From contig FLMG01001570.1 of NCBI GenBank assembly GCA_900088475.1, positions 1 to 64,000 of the forward strand: a DNA stretch of 64,000 nt. Direction: 5' to 3'. A program made the translations under genes and the position numbers. Position 1 is the first letter of the stretch, and every line of letters starts with the position of its first letter. This document shows, piece by piece, positions 22,701 through 36,200 of this stretch. The notes under the pieces were generated by a model. The model was not told the origin of the DNA. It did no database searches and worked only from the letters and a program-made list of their open reading frames with translations. The stretch is from Hyphochytrium catenoides (taxonomy: Eukaryota; Protista; Hyphochytriomycota).

Positions 22701-25700
22701 AGAATTTAGAGTTTGATTTTATTCCGTGTAGAAACAGCGTGAGAAGGGAACTGGTGACATTAGACTGAAGTCTAAGGCGGATAAAAGCGACGAGAGAGCT
22801 ATAGTGGGCGGAAGCAGCTGTAAAAAGGGGAGGATGCACTTTGATGTTCTAACTATCTGGAGCGGCGGCATACAGCATAACCTCGACTCGAAGCTACTGG
22901 GCCGTACCTGCAACGACTCGCAGCGCTTTATCCGCGTATGGACGGAATTCCTCTGGCAACTGTATAGACAGCGCTGCAAATAGGTGAGCAGATTATAAGC
23001 ACCAATACAATGTTTTTTGTAGGGCAGGGATCCCTCTCAGACCACCTCCGATCCTCTCTGTCTTGAAGCCTTGGCTCAGGTCTCTCCCTGTGTTTCGCCG
23101 AACTTTATCCCTTGAGGAGGCTGTCTGTCTCTCTCCGCCACATTTGGATCAGTTACTCCTTTGTTTTATCACTCCTAATAACAGTACCTGTTATAAAGTT
23201 AGCTGTTGCTGCCCTGGTGGTGAGTCCTACTCCACTTTGAACCATGGCAAGTAGCTTGGGAGCTAGCTCTGCCATAACCTAAGGGTGATGAGGAGAAGGC
23301 AGGTTATGCTGAGGATATTTCGTACATGTGACAGGCAAGACACCATGGTGGTCAAAGCAAATTACTAAGCGAAAGCGAGAAGAAACTCTGTAGTTCAGTC
23401 GCGTAACTAGCTCAGAGGAATCCAAGCGTTATTCAGAAGCAAGAGATACAAGGAAGCTATGTCTGTCTTGAAGGAAGAAACGAGAGGAGCAAGAGCTACA
23501 GGGACAGAAGACCAGTTTCCCTTCCAAGATTAGCGCTTATCAAACTCCTCTAACGACTTCCGTTCGGTGGATTCCTCCACTTCTCCTCTTCTTCTAAACC
23601 CATGCTCCTGCCTTAATGGCACCGACGAATGTGACCTCACCTTAGCATTGATGTGCTTTATGCTGTAGTCAAGTACCTCCTGTAGGGGTGTAGCCCTCGC
23701 TAGGGAAAGTCTTACTTTTTCCAACTGCTCTCTTGAAACCTCCATAGACTCTGTATGAAACATCATATACTGAAATGCTTGCGGTTCTAACGCCCCAAAG
23801 GACTCTAGGAGAAGGAGAACCTGGATGAAAGGGAAGGAGAGTAGGACGAAGGTCAATTGCTGGGAGCTGAGACGTAACGATAGGACTCAATATAGTAATC
23901 ATGTGAGAGGCGGAGTGTGAGGCACCCTTTCGGGCCCAAAAAGATGGATACAGGTGCTGGAAGCGAGACATGATTTCTGTCCTTACCAGCCGTGCAAGAT
24001 AATTTTCTAAAGAAGGGCCCGCAGCCTTGGCGATTCTGCCGACCAGCTTCAGGCACTCAAGTCGCACGTCAGCACCGAAGTCAAGTAACCCTACAGTGGA
24101 GCATCAGCCGCACCGACTTTAGGCTTCGTCCCTGGCACCGAGTTAAGGCTTTCTTCTTGAAGTGCATGTGCGCGTACCTTTCTCCATAAGAAAGGGGAGT
24201 ATGATGTTGACAGCTCTTCGACTTTCCTCAGAGCTACCAGCCTGGTCGCCATCACAGTATTTGACAGATAGCTCCGAGAGCCCCCGGAAGTACGGCTGAG
24301 CAGCCTTTCGCACTAAACAGAGCTAGTTAACACGCGGCTGCTTTGCTGCACTTCTCATAGAGGACTAGATGGCAATGATCACACTCGGACGCAGAAAGAA
24401 AGGATGGTAGTAAGGTACCGGGAACAGATAATGTGGGGTTCTGTTGCTGTTATGATGCCTAGAACCCTGTAACGAGTATCTCGCTTCTTACCCGACTCAT
24501 TGAGGTCATCAGATGCCCTGCAAGCTATCAGCCAGGCACGAGCTAGTGAAGGTTCTAACTCAGAAAATGTTCTGCCGCGGATTAGATCACCAAGAGCAGC
24601 AGCGGCTGCCTCTCTTTCTCTATACGCAGTTACAGGCACAGTGCAAGAGGGTAGCAAGATTGTGAAAAACTGTCAATACTAATGACTTTCAATCAACTCT
24701 GCATAGTACACCATAGGTCCATTCTCCCGCACCTATGCTTTCTGCTGCCTAATGAGACCAACAAATTCTCAAGGATACGAGGAAACTCTCTGTCCACGGT
24801 CTTATTTCCCTCCTTGACAAGCTGGTTCCACAGGTTGGAGAAGCATTCCTTGACCTACAAGATAAGGTAAGAGGAAGCGAGTGTCTCAACCCTTGAAGTT
24901 CTTGTGTGCCTCACGTGAGAATAGATTGGAACTCATTGTGTGTTTCTTTCTTTTCCGCAGAATGCTCTCGCAGGACTCTCAGAAATGTTCATGTCCTCAT
25001 GGCTTGCAACGCCCTGCGAATTACCTTAGCTAGTGGATCATACTTCTGCCGATAGAGTATCGGAAGGAGCTGGGTAACCAAAGGCTCTAAGCTCTCCCTT
25101 GCGGCTTGGGACAGAGACTGCAGCCACACGACCGCAACTTCTGAGTGTCTGGGTGGGGTCTTAATGTCGATGTCGGAGACGAAAAAGCCGACACTGGCCC
25201 AAGTTAGACGCAAGTCAGTCAGTTTTTCAATAGAAGATATGAATGACTAGCAAAAGCAGCAACAGCACAAATGGTGCAGGGTACTGAAGACCTAACGCAA
25301 TAGAGAACACAAGTGTGGAATGGAAGTAGCAGAAAGGCCAGAAGTATCTAAATCGGGAGAACAGCACCTAGTAGATGCCTGGGAAGGTGAGCAAGCGAGA
25401 AGCAGGCAGTCCTCAAGGCGCTCCGGGTGGCCAACGTCTGTCAGCATCGCGAGGATGTCCTTGAAAGCCACTGCCGGTGGAGGGCTAGGTGGGGTTGCGG
25501 AAGTACTAGACAACGAAGGAGATTGCAGAGAGTCTGGAAGAGCATGAGGAAGAAGTGTCACCCAAAAAGCATATGATGAGCCGCTACGAGTAGGCAGAGG
25601 AGCACGACTAGATTGTCAAACGCTAAGACAAAAGCCAAGTGACCTTGAACTTGTACCTGCAGTCTTAAGCTTCTGTCCAGTCCGAAGAGTATGAATAAGG

Positions 25701-28700
25701 GAGAGCTGCAAAGTGTGACGCAAGGTGTTGTCCTGACACAGCTCGTGAAGCATTACTAGCGCATGGACGCCGTGTTCCTAGAACGATAGCGATGGACGTC
25801 AGCTTGTTTTACTAGGGGTAGTAGTCCACGGCCACCATGTACCGCTGAGTTCGAGGTAATTAGCTCTTTGTCTGACCTGCATTGTTTCTTGTCTGTTGCC
25901 TAGCATGCTTATCATACCCTCTTGAAGGTCTAAAAAGGGTAGGACTGCAGCGATGTCCGGATGCGCTCTTAAAGCGTTCAAGAGGCACAAAAGCCATATC
26001 TGGGCCGCATTGCGGGGAAAGGGGCTAATATTGGCACATAAGGGTAGAGGGACGAATCAGAGAGGCTGTCGGTGGATGAAATGAGTTGGACTAGAGCTGA
26101 CACTTCGTCCCTAAGGAGCCAATTAATGCGAGAGATGGCTTGATCAAAGATCATGCAACTCCAGCACATAGCATATATCTACTTTCTGCAGTACTCCTAG
26201 ACTCTTCCCTGACGCTTACCTTGGATCCTGGACTGGTCCTGCCAGGAGTCTCGATATAAACTCCAACACGACACCATTATCCTTCGCCGTGGTTTTACTT
26301 TCCTCTGCTTCTTCTCTTCCGTAATTGTGCTTTCGGATCGTCATTTGGACTAAGCTTTGCCCCAAGGCAAACTGAAGCTCATCGTTTCTACAAAAGAGAA
26401 ATAATTAGAAGGATCTATTGTGATCCTTGTGAGGTCTCGCACATGTGCCGGACAGAGAGTGTGGAAAAGGATGCTATATCCAGGGTCCAAGGAGCTAAAC
26501 GAAGTCCTCTAAACGGACTTCCATATAATAGCTTCTGATCAACTGCTGGCAAGAATCACCTGACTTCCGCCAGCTTAAAGAGGTGAGACAATATCCCAAG
26601 CTCGATCATGTGGGTCTCGAATATGTCTCCTAGGGATACGACAGCGGCCTGCAGGCAAGGGGAAAGTTCATCTTGATATTGCTTCAACGTGGGAAAAGCA
26701 AAGCGGACGATAGGAACCCTATGATTCCAGGCAAGTCAAGCCACCTTGCTTTCAACCGGCAGAAGATAAAAGAGAAAGCCACAAAGTGTATGTGTCCTTA
26801 CCTCCAGGATTTCTTGGTCTTGATCTTTCCTCCTCAAGACATCTAGTACTTTCTCAACCATCAGTTGGTGAGCAACAAGGTCTGAACTGCTAAGTACATT
26901 ATTTGATTTTTGCGTCAGTAAAGGTCCAAGCCCTTGGTAAGACCATAGAAGAATAGATGAAGAGAGTGGGAGTCAAGTAAGCGCGGTTACCTGCTCTTTG
27001 TCGGGTCAAAGCGTATGGTCTTGGCTGAGTACAGGAAAGGGCAGTACGTGAGAAAGAGAGGGCAGAACAATTGGTTGTTCAGGTCAGCAACGATGAAACG
27101 CTATACTTTAAATAGGCACAGAGCATCTCGGCGAAGAACGTTTCTGACCAATGCGTCCGAGTCCCTTCAGAGCCTCAATAGCAATGAACTTTACTGGATG
27201 GTTAACATGGGCGGACACCAGTGAGATGAGAGGCAGCAGCCTTCCTTGCTCTTGTTCAGGCTGCAGTGGGCTGGCAGCAGCTACGGTGCCAACACCCCAA
27301 CTGAGACATGCAATACTTTTGTAGAACGAGTCCAAGAAGCGAAGAAGTGAGTTGTCAGGGGAATAAAGAGATGAAAGGATAACTGTAAGACTATTTATCA
27401 GAGACAGAGTTAGAGTAGAGTCAACCCACAAATGGATGGTGGTTGGTGAGATGCAGCGAAGTCAGCGGATCCACGTCAGAAAAGAGATATTGAGGTACGA
27501 GAAAGCCGCAAGACCAGGGCAGAAGTCACAGGTCATGAATCACATTCGCGACACAACCTAGTTTACTAACCTTCCGTGAACATGTCCTGCCCTACTTGGA
27601 GTCTCATGATCCTTCTCAATTGTCTGTCGAACCTTCTCCAAGACAGTTTCCCTTTGATCTGAGGTTACTCTAGAGATGGTAACACCTATGACCTAGAGGA
27701 AGGTTTATGTGGCATGCCAAGTGTCCCTTGAAAACGGTAACATGCAAACCTTAGCCATATTTTCTCGGACATCTTGTCTCCGATGCTCAAGCCATTCCAA
27801 CAGCCACCTGGGGTCTCTCCATAGCTCGGAGAACGGATAGGAAGCGTCCAGAACCACCAACTCTGCAAGGGAAACTGAAGGGAAAATGACCAATCGTAGC
27901 ACACTCGCACCGAAAGGAGGACAAAGCACATAGAGTAGCCATTATAAGATGAAACGTACTCCAGGCAAGAAAGACACAATAGTAGTACGCTCATTGGGGT
28001 CCCAAAAGATGACGCCAAGACACAATTTACAAGAGTACGCAGAATGTCTGAGATCCGTAGGGAGGTAGTACTCACGCGAGGCCACCCTATGTAGCAAAAT
28101 GACATCATCGTACTCTCCCCTTGTTTTGAGAGCATCCAATATCGACTTGCGGTACGCGTGCAACGCATATTGCATCGTGGGTTGCTGGAGCTTCGGGTCG
28201 CACAGTTCGTTGAGATCCTTTCCCTCACGCGCAATGTGGTGCAGGCAGAGATGAGAGAAACGCAAGACTTGGGCGTAGCTACTCAAAGAAAGTGACGAAA
28301 ATGAAGGATCACGAAACACTTCTGAGCAGAAGGCTTCAAAGGTAGGTAGGTCATCGGTTGCTGAAGGTGTAAGGCCTGTTGATAAGGAAATTGAAGGGTA
28401 GAGAATGGTACTTAGAGAATACTCTTCTCGTAATGGCATCGAGAAGAGAGAGGGTAAATGGACAACCCCAGCCATGTAAGCTTTATGAAGGATCGCTATG
28501 ATCCAGACTTAAGTCACTCTGGTCAGCAAACAAGAACATTCACAACGTGACAGTAATAGACGGAGAAAGGTCACGAAGTTTAAACCAGGGAGAGGCCACG
28601 TATAATTCATGATGCTTTGACGAAAGAGCCTCATCTGACCCTTGATGGCTGTCTCCCTTACGGCTTGAACCTCATCGGTGAAAAGCCTGAGACTACAAAG

Positions 28701-30915
28701 CCGCGCCTTGGGAGAACTGAAAGGTAATAACCGGCATATCCAGTGCAGCGCAGTCATTCGAACCCTGGGTTCTGCGTGTGACGTTTGATTGAAGAGAAAG
28801 GCAGTCAATTCTTCTTTCTGGGACGGGGACGAGGCCGTGTAGGCCTCACATACCTAAGGAGATGGCATTTGAAGTAGAAGAATTGCTTAGCTCCTTGATG
28901 CAGTTTCTTCAGGCAAGCGTGGCGCTTTATGAAGAGGCCCAAAAGAGACAAGACATCGAAATAACCTGAGGCAGCAAAAGGAGGGGCAATGAGAACAAGG
29001 AGAGCAAGCACTACTCAAGAGAAAATGCGTTAGGAGATGGGACAATCAGCACTGAGAGTGTTACTCGGCGTTCTGACCATGCCGAGTGCTTCTTGTATGG
29101 TCGCTCGCCTAGTGGCGTGCTCAACTGCCATAGCTCGAAATAAAAGTTTGGGAAGAGTGATGTCCTGGGCGACTAAGCGCGGGCAGCGATACCCCATGCT
29201 ACCCATGACAGCATACATTTTCTCTCTTGGCCCCTCGTCTCGAGAAAGAGCGGTTGCAGTCTGCACTGCGAGGGAGAGATGCTGGAGTAAGGCTTGATAA
29301 AGCGCCGCACCGACAGCGTCCAACGTACGCTGGTCGACGTTGCCTACAAACCACGACATGAAGTTCATCCCTTCCACCTACACCAAGAGACCACAGCGCG
29401 TGGTAAAAGGGAAGTCAGCCTGCCGATAGTCCGACTTTGTTGCACACATCGCTCTAAAGGACTGTATCATCTTTGCATTACCCGTTGCTTAGACGTGCTT
29501 TGCTCTCCAAAGACGCTGTCCAACAAGATTCGAAAGTTCGCTGGGAAGCAATCGCAGGCTGCTTTGGACCGCGAGAGTGCTTGCAGAATGAGCGTTCTTG
29601 CCTCACTCCCAGCTGGTGATCTCTGGAACTCTATGGGCAAGCAGGAAGCCAGAGCCTAGAGATAGAATATTAGCGTGTGGCTATGCCTTTCAGTCTCAAT
29701 CTTAGATCCATAAATCACCATAGCCGTTCGGTTTGGGAACTGCTCTCCAGGACTTTTCTCCCCAAGATAGAGCCCCATCATACTCTCCACTGCGACAGGG
29801 TCCTCTAGGGCATCCGACTTGAGAAGCTTCTTGAACTCCTCTGCACCAACTGAAACAATCTCATAAGCAGCATCGCAAGCAGCGGCGATAATATGGGTCG
29901 CCCTCTGACCCAATGAGAATAGGCCAGAGTTCCGCAGGATAGCTGGGGTTATCATCAAGAGCTAGAGTTAGGCACATTCTAATGTTCTGCGAAGTGAATA
30001 CGGGAGTAGAGGACGCGCTTTTGCTTTAGAGCTGTAGCTCTAATTCTCCTTACCTAATGCCGCGCGCTTAAGCCCACCAAGAGCTTCGGGGTCATTGGCG
30101 GCGACAACTCTCCCGCCAGAAAGCCTAATTTTGTGGCTTGACATGAGACGTTTCTGCCTGGCTGTCGAGAGGCCCGGTAAAAGCTGGACGGTATCCTTCA
30201 TTTGGGGATAGAGGAGGATGTCGAGCAAAAAGTCTGACAGAAGTAGAAGATCAGGAGCCAACGGGTCCACCTGTATGTCTGACGTAGCTGGAACTAGAAT
30301 CGTAGAGTACAACTCTCTAACCCTTTCTGGGTCGACGGAAAGGTTTAGGCTCTGACCACAATTGATAAGGAGAAAAAGGATAATCTCTTGCTGTGAGGTT
30401 GTAAGGGCAGACAGTCCTTGCAAGAGGTAAGGGCCAAGCTCCAGCTGCTCTGGCTCCGAGAGTCTATGAAAGCCCATTTCTAGTAGATGACATGGGAACA
30501 AAGATTACTTCCTTAGACCAAGATATCATCTGATGATCGGGGCCATACCGAGGTAAACGACAGCAAAGTTCTTAACAAAGCTGTTGCTACTGGGTTTTCT
30601 ATAGAGCGCTGAGAGAGCAGCGCATGGTAGTTTGATGTCATTTGATGCCCGAAGCCTCTTGTTCAAGTGGCCGAATATTGAGATCACCTTAATCAGCACA
30701 AGGCAGTAAGATGAACCCTGTATCATGGGACTGCGGCACAGGGAGGTGAGGAGGACGTTTACCTTTGCTCTGATGGCGCTGTCATCAATTGCTAGCTTTT
30801 CTATGAGGATTGGAAGAAGCTTGTCCAGGATCGAAGTAAGCCTCTCATCACTGTCAATGGTGGCAAGCCGGTAGTGTACCCTCTCCAAAGCCTCTAACTC
30901 ACTCTCGGCAGCCAT
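19792..30915 (-). CDS. ECM29: Proteasome adaptor and scaffold ECM29 (HEAT-repeat), large multi-exon gene
   Basis: N-terminus ELEALERVHYRLA...LLPILIEKL...HLNKRLR...IKLP...FVKNFAVVYL. Internal LLPILYRQKYDP, YREREAAAAALGDL, DDLNESVRKAA, LEPQAFQY..FH and GKHWEGKEKML are all ECM29-type motifs. Confidence 0.92.
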
Positions 30916-31450
30916 CTTAACTTGTATCTAATCAACAAGTTAGAGCTCGGAGCTGTAGCGAGCTCACCGATGTTATTGCTTCAATGAGGCTGTAGGTCTC
31001 AAGGCCTTATCGGCACGATGTCGGCAGCAAATCCTCCTGAAGAATAATCTCTGTCTTACTCTGAGAAGTGTCAACTCCCCTGTATTCTCGTAAGCCAAAG
31101 AGTCAAACCTTCCTTGGCGCAAGGTTGCCAATGGCTATCTGAGAGCGAAGAATGAAGCTCAATGACCCAGACGCGTCTTCGTCGGCAGACGATCTCACTA
31201 AGGCCGCGCGGGCCGTGTGGAACGGAAGCGAATTCACTGTCTGTCACCTGAAGCGACAATCAGAATCCTTGAAAACGAAGGAAACCCTCGAAAAGAAACC
31301 TTAGATGAAAGCTTCGAAGGTATAGCATACGTGAAACTAGCTGCATTATTTCTATCCTGAAGAGTGAAAGTTATCCATCAACAGCTAGCTCCACAGTAAA
31401 CAACTTTGTTCGCCGGCTTGACTATGGGCATGCCAAGGCTATCGCTCCTT

Positions 31451-31637
31451 CTGTCCAGCAGACCCAAGGAAGCTCCACGACTTCCATTGATGGGACTCTC
31501 CGTAAGGCTTCCAAATTTGTCTGTGGCAAAGACGGGCAACCAGCTCCTGTCCAGCAGACCCAAGGAAGCTTCATGAGATGAGGATGGGACTCTCCTTAAG
31601 GCTTCCAAATGTCTGCGGCATAGATTGGCAACCAGCT
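31451..31637. repeat. Two diverged tandem copies of a ~96-bp unit
   Basis: CTGTCCAGCAGACCCAAGGAAGCT...GATGGGACTCTCC.TAAGGCTTCCAAAT...GGCAACCAGCT occurs starting at 31451 and again at 31547. Confidence 0.85.
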
Positions 31638-32197
31638 GCCATAAGGGCCTGGAGAAGAGTTCTATCCATAAGAGAAGGGATGCGAGCGCCGCGCTGCTTA
31701 GGGGATGACAGTAGACATATAGTGGATAATAACGTTATCTGGAAGCCTATCCGACTTCTCAGACATTAAGTTCATATGGTGGGTCACGTATCAACATATT
31801 TATCTTGCTCCTTTCTTGGAACACAGGCTCAAGGTGCCTCTCCGGATCTGGGGAAGGATATTATGTCCTCAGGACCACAGACTTTGGGTGTCCTATGCCG
31901 GCTGCCTTGTACAGCCACGATCATGAACTCAGCTTCATTCATTGCGGTAACCCCACGATAAGGAGTTCCGCACTCACGAAGAGAGCAGGTTCTGGACAAT
32001 GTGCATAACATGAAAAGCCAAGTCGAGGGAAGTTCAAGGCTTTCAAGCCAATCGATGTTCTGAGGATTAGACTTGCATGAGCAGGCCCTCCATTGGCCGC
32101 CAGAAATTTCCTTGTCGGGCGTACTTCGCTATCTGAAGAGAAGGAAGTGTCCGTTGATGCTGAACCCTGCGGTTGCTTCCTGGAAAGTGATGTAGCC

Positions 32198-33298
32198 TTA
32201 TGACCTGTCCTTGGACCGTTTGGTTAGCATACTAACTATGCTGAGGCCTATGCCAAAGAAGAGGCCAGAGCACAGCCCAAAGAGAATGGAGCTGATTATA
32301 TTCTCCAAAATTCTGATGAGCGATTGTCTGTTCTTGTCGTCAGGATCATCAGCACTATTGTTCTTGACCCGCTCGTACTCCCGGAGAATCTGAAAGACTG
32401 CAGCGCTGGAGAACTGCTCTGAATCAGTCTGTCGCTCACCAGGCTTCTTTGAATGGTGCATGGGAAGGTGTGCCAGAAGCTGAGTTTTGCTCGGCCCCGC
32501 TATCGTAATGTTGTTTTGCACTTGGTCAACTCCGATAGAGACAAAGGTTGAGCCTCGGGTAGCTAGATTGTCAAGAATGGGGGCGATGTAGCGGGCAGTA
32601 GCTCGTCCCTTCGTAACGGACTCAACTACCGGACCCATCAACTCAGTGATGGAGGAATGGCCCATATTTTCAAAGTTTAGGACGACTCGACCTTCCTGCT
32701 TCCCGTCCTTTAACGTGATGACAAAGGATGACTTCCCTGAAGCTGAGCCTTGGCTATCTGTGCTGCTGCTGTTGCCCTCTGACTCCAACCCTAGCTCGGC
32801 TGACATGCGTCTCTTGAGCTTACCGATACCTTCCAACACTTGATCCTTAGACTTGACAAGCTCCGTAATTGGAGACTCATCTGGGAAATTTGGCATTGGC
32901 CAAGCTGGCTCTACTCCGGGATCTGGAGCCTCCAACGAAACTTTCTCCATTGTGCTGGACTCCACCTGCCCCGTGAGGATATCTGAGCGAGCATCCGACG
33001 CCTGCACTACTGCTTTCGTCCATATCCCCCTAATAGTCTCCCTTAACGGAGCTACCGACTCCGAAAGGTTGCGTGGGTCAATTCCTGTCCCGAAGAGTCC
33101 TCTGGCACTTTCAGCATGGCCTGAAGTAGCTTGTCCGCTCATTTGAGAATAAGGTGGAGCGGATGGTAGAGCTGAGATATCAATCTTGGGAAGTATCTCT
33201 TTTAAGGTCCTCCCGTCAAGGTGTGGACCAAAGAGATCAGGGTCTGGATCAGGAATTGCTGCTCCATCTGATGAGTCTTCCCTTTCGGTGGCTGTCAT
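32198..33298 (-). CDS. Uncharacterised single-exon protein with a C-terminal TM helix (probable tail anchor)
   Basis: Long uninterrupted ORF (first ATG at 33298). Ends IISSILFGLCSGLFFGIGLSIVSML followed by basic TKRSKDRS. Confidence 0.7.
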   Translation of the reverse strand: MTATEREDSSDGAAIPDPDPDLFGPHLDGRTLKEILPKIDISALPSAPPYSQMSGQATSGHAESARGLFGTGIDPRNLSESVAPLRETIRGIWTKAVVQASDARSDILTGQVESSTMEKVSLEAPDPGVEPAWPMPNFPDESPITELVKSKDQVLEGIGKLKRRMSAELGLESEGNSSSTDSQGSASGKSSFVITLKDGKQEGRVVLNFENMGHSSITELMGPVVESVTKGRATARYIAPILDNLATRGSTFVSIGVDQVQNNITIAGPSKTQLLAHLPMHHSKKPGERQTDSEQFSSAAVFQILREYERVKNNSADDPDDKNRQSLIRILENIISSILFGLCSGLFFGIGLSIVSMLTKRSKDRS

Positions 33299-36200
33299 CC
33301 TATAATCTTTACGATTGAAGAAATGTCGTAGATAATAGCTGAAGTGACGAGTTGTCACCTCATGACTGGATCTTTCTTTAGCTGATCTGGCGAGAAGCAC
33401 GAATCGAAGTGCTTTCGGCCCTTAAGTGACTAGCCATCGCCCTGAGATTTTGAGCCAGGAAGGTCACTTCACAGGGCTAATGGGTCCGCGCCCCTTGGAG
33501 AAATAAGAAGATAACCGTGGTAGTAGAGAACAGGGAGACTTCGACCTCTTTCTATAGGCTGACAGTGGACTCCAGTAAGAAGTACTGTCTCTAGGCGTCA
33601 CACCGCATCGTAAGTGTGCTCATCTACCAGCGTAAGGAGTAGTCCTGGACATAAAGAAGAATTACGAAGCTCATCCTCATCATCGTGCTATGCAGCAGAT
33701 TCTTCCTCTTCAGATCGGAACTTTGGCTGTGTGGTGCATTCTATCATTCGCCTAACTCCTAGACCTGGACGCACAAATAAAAGCTTTCATAGAGTTCTGA
33801 TACTGCCGCAGAACGGCTAACGCCTGACTTCAAGCTTCAACCAGACAAGAATATACCCGTCCTTCCTCGCTCCCTCCTACACTCCCTATTTCTGCCTGTT
33901 GTTTGCTGTACCTCGGACAAGAGAGGCTCTACACCTCTATTGTTAGCTCCTGGGGTAGGTTTGGCATTACTTCAGGTATTATGATAGAATAATGTATCAT
34001 CATCATCATCGAACAACACATGCTGGGTGACGGCCGCCAATGGACGGTGTGGAAGGGAAGAGATCGAGGGACGCGGAGATGTTTGATCATAATACTCTAA
34101 TGACTATAAGGGAATGGTGTACACCCCTAGGTAGTGAAGGGTTTAATGGATCAAAGGAAGAAGAAGAGATAGGATCATCATCTACTACTATTACTGTATT
34201 ATGATGATTGTTGGTTGGTAGTTTGGTGATGATGAGCGTTCTGTTTTGTCTGACTTCTCTCGGCGCTGGGGCGACTGGTTGTGTTGTCATACATAGCACC
34301 ACTTACTAGCCATCTTTCGGGCCTAACGACAAAGCAGTGGTCAACACCCTTGCACGCACTGCTGTAATCCCAGCCACGATAATTCATGATTCTTGGAGAC
34401 TAGCGTAGCTCACCTGATGATATTTCTGGGTAATAACGACCCGGTAGTGTTACCGCAACCCCTTAGTTCAATTATTACAAGGCAGCGTTGATGATGTAGA
34501 AAAAAAGAGTCAAAGAATGAATGCAGCCGGCAATATCTGATGCTTCTTTTCTGATATAAACTGTAGCCTGGTGATTAGAACCTCCTCTATTATGTTAGCA
34601 GGAGACTATGCTCTTACCAGTTGTCGCACTCTTTCTGGACAAAGCAAGCCTTAGAAATAATGACTGGCAGAGGAGACACTGTGGCTAGTCAACTGACAAA
34701 GAGGCGGCGACCAACAGCATGCCCGTCAGAAAATTCCAGTTGGGCGGTCTTGAGCTATTTTAATGCCAGCTGGGGAAGAGTTGGTGATGACGATTTCTCT
34801 TCCTTAGCACGGAGATAGAATGCACGGCTTGCTAGATTTAGTGAGTGATAGAGCTGCTTGTTCTGGGCAAGATCATGAAGCCAGCAGTAGAATCTACTAA
34901 CTTCGATTGACTCTATGCAGACAGGCCTTTTCAGCTTCGTGGAAGAGGTATCACGAATGCTTTTCTGATTCTCTGGTTCCTGAAATGGCTAAGGAATCAG
35001 CTGTACGTCTACAAAAGAGACCATCTCCCATCTCCCATCCTTTCCGTTGATCGGCCTCTAAAAAGGTGTAGACCAAGTATGACAACCACCACCCTGATGA
35101 GGCCCTAACAAGATATGGCTATTTTACCATTATGATGAGCTTGATGAAGTCCTCCGAAATGGATGGAGATCCGCCACCACCCTTATCACCTGCCTACAGT
35201 ATGGAAAGGCTTAACGAATAGGATGAGCAAGTATTTCTTTGGATGATAGAGATGATAGAGCGAATGCTGAGCGTCAATCCCATCGAAGCCCAAGAGGAGG
35301 GGCCAATTCGTTATCCTAGAGATTCATGCGAGCTGATACCCGAGAAGGATCACTTAGATTGGCGTAACGGAAGAGAACGACGAAAATAGATGGGTCCTAA
35401 AACACGGGTGTTGTAGGAGGAGAAGCCATCACAGGTTGCAGGCCGTAAGGCCGCCATCATCAAAGGCAGTAACCTGATGATGAAGCTCTCTCCAGCGCGG
35501 AAGCTAACGGACTCAAGGCTTGAAGTTAAAGAGCACTAATAGTCCGCACGAAGGCAAGGCTATGATATAGTTAATGATGGCGAAGGTGATGAGGATCATT
35601 GCTCCTAGCTCATGGTTCATGGTGATGTGCAGATCTCTCTCCCTATTGACGATTAGAGTAGGTTGTCCATTAGGGGCGGCAAGAAGGTGTAGAAACGGCC
35701 ATCTTTGGTGAAACTCCCCGAGTACTGCTCCTGGAGGAGATTTGAAGCCGTCCTAAGATACAAAAGGTCACTCGCATTGGCGGTGGCAAGCCCTGCCTTT
35801 CTCAAAAATCAAAACCCAATTTCGGTCTCGAGATGGGCAGTTACCCAGCAGATGGTGGATATGTAAGTATCTGTTGCGGCTGTGAACCAAAGAATGTGGG
35901 GGGGGAAGTTGTGATGAGTTCTAATAAGGACCAAGCCTTTCTAACGATACATCTGATTCGCTTACTATTACCTAGCAAGTACGGTGCTATTTATTACTTT
36001 CACGCAAGGCCTATTATGATGATAGGAATTGGGAGTCTGTGCTCTTGAAATTCTGTCATTCTCAAGGTTTCGGTGTTTCTTTCAATACTTTCAACCAGCA
36101 TAATATATCTCCCGACAACTTTGGGCAAGGGCGTCTGGTGGATAAGACAGGAAGCACAGAGCCGGTCTCCTCGCTAGTCTGTATCTTTCATCGCTTCCTA

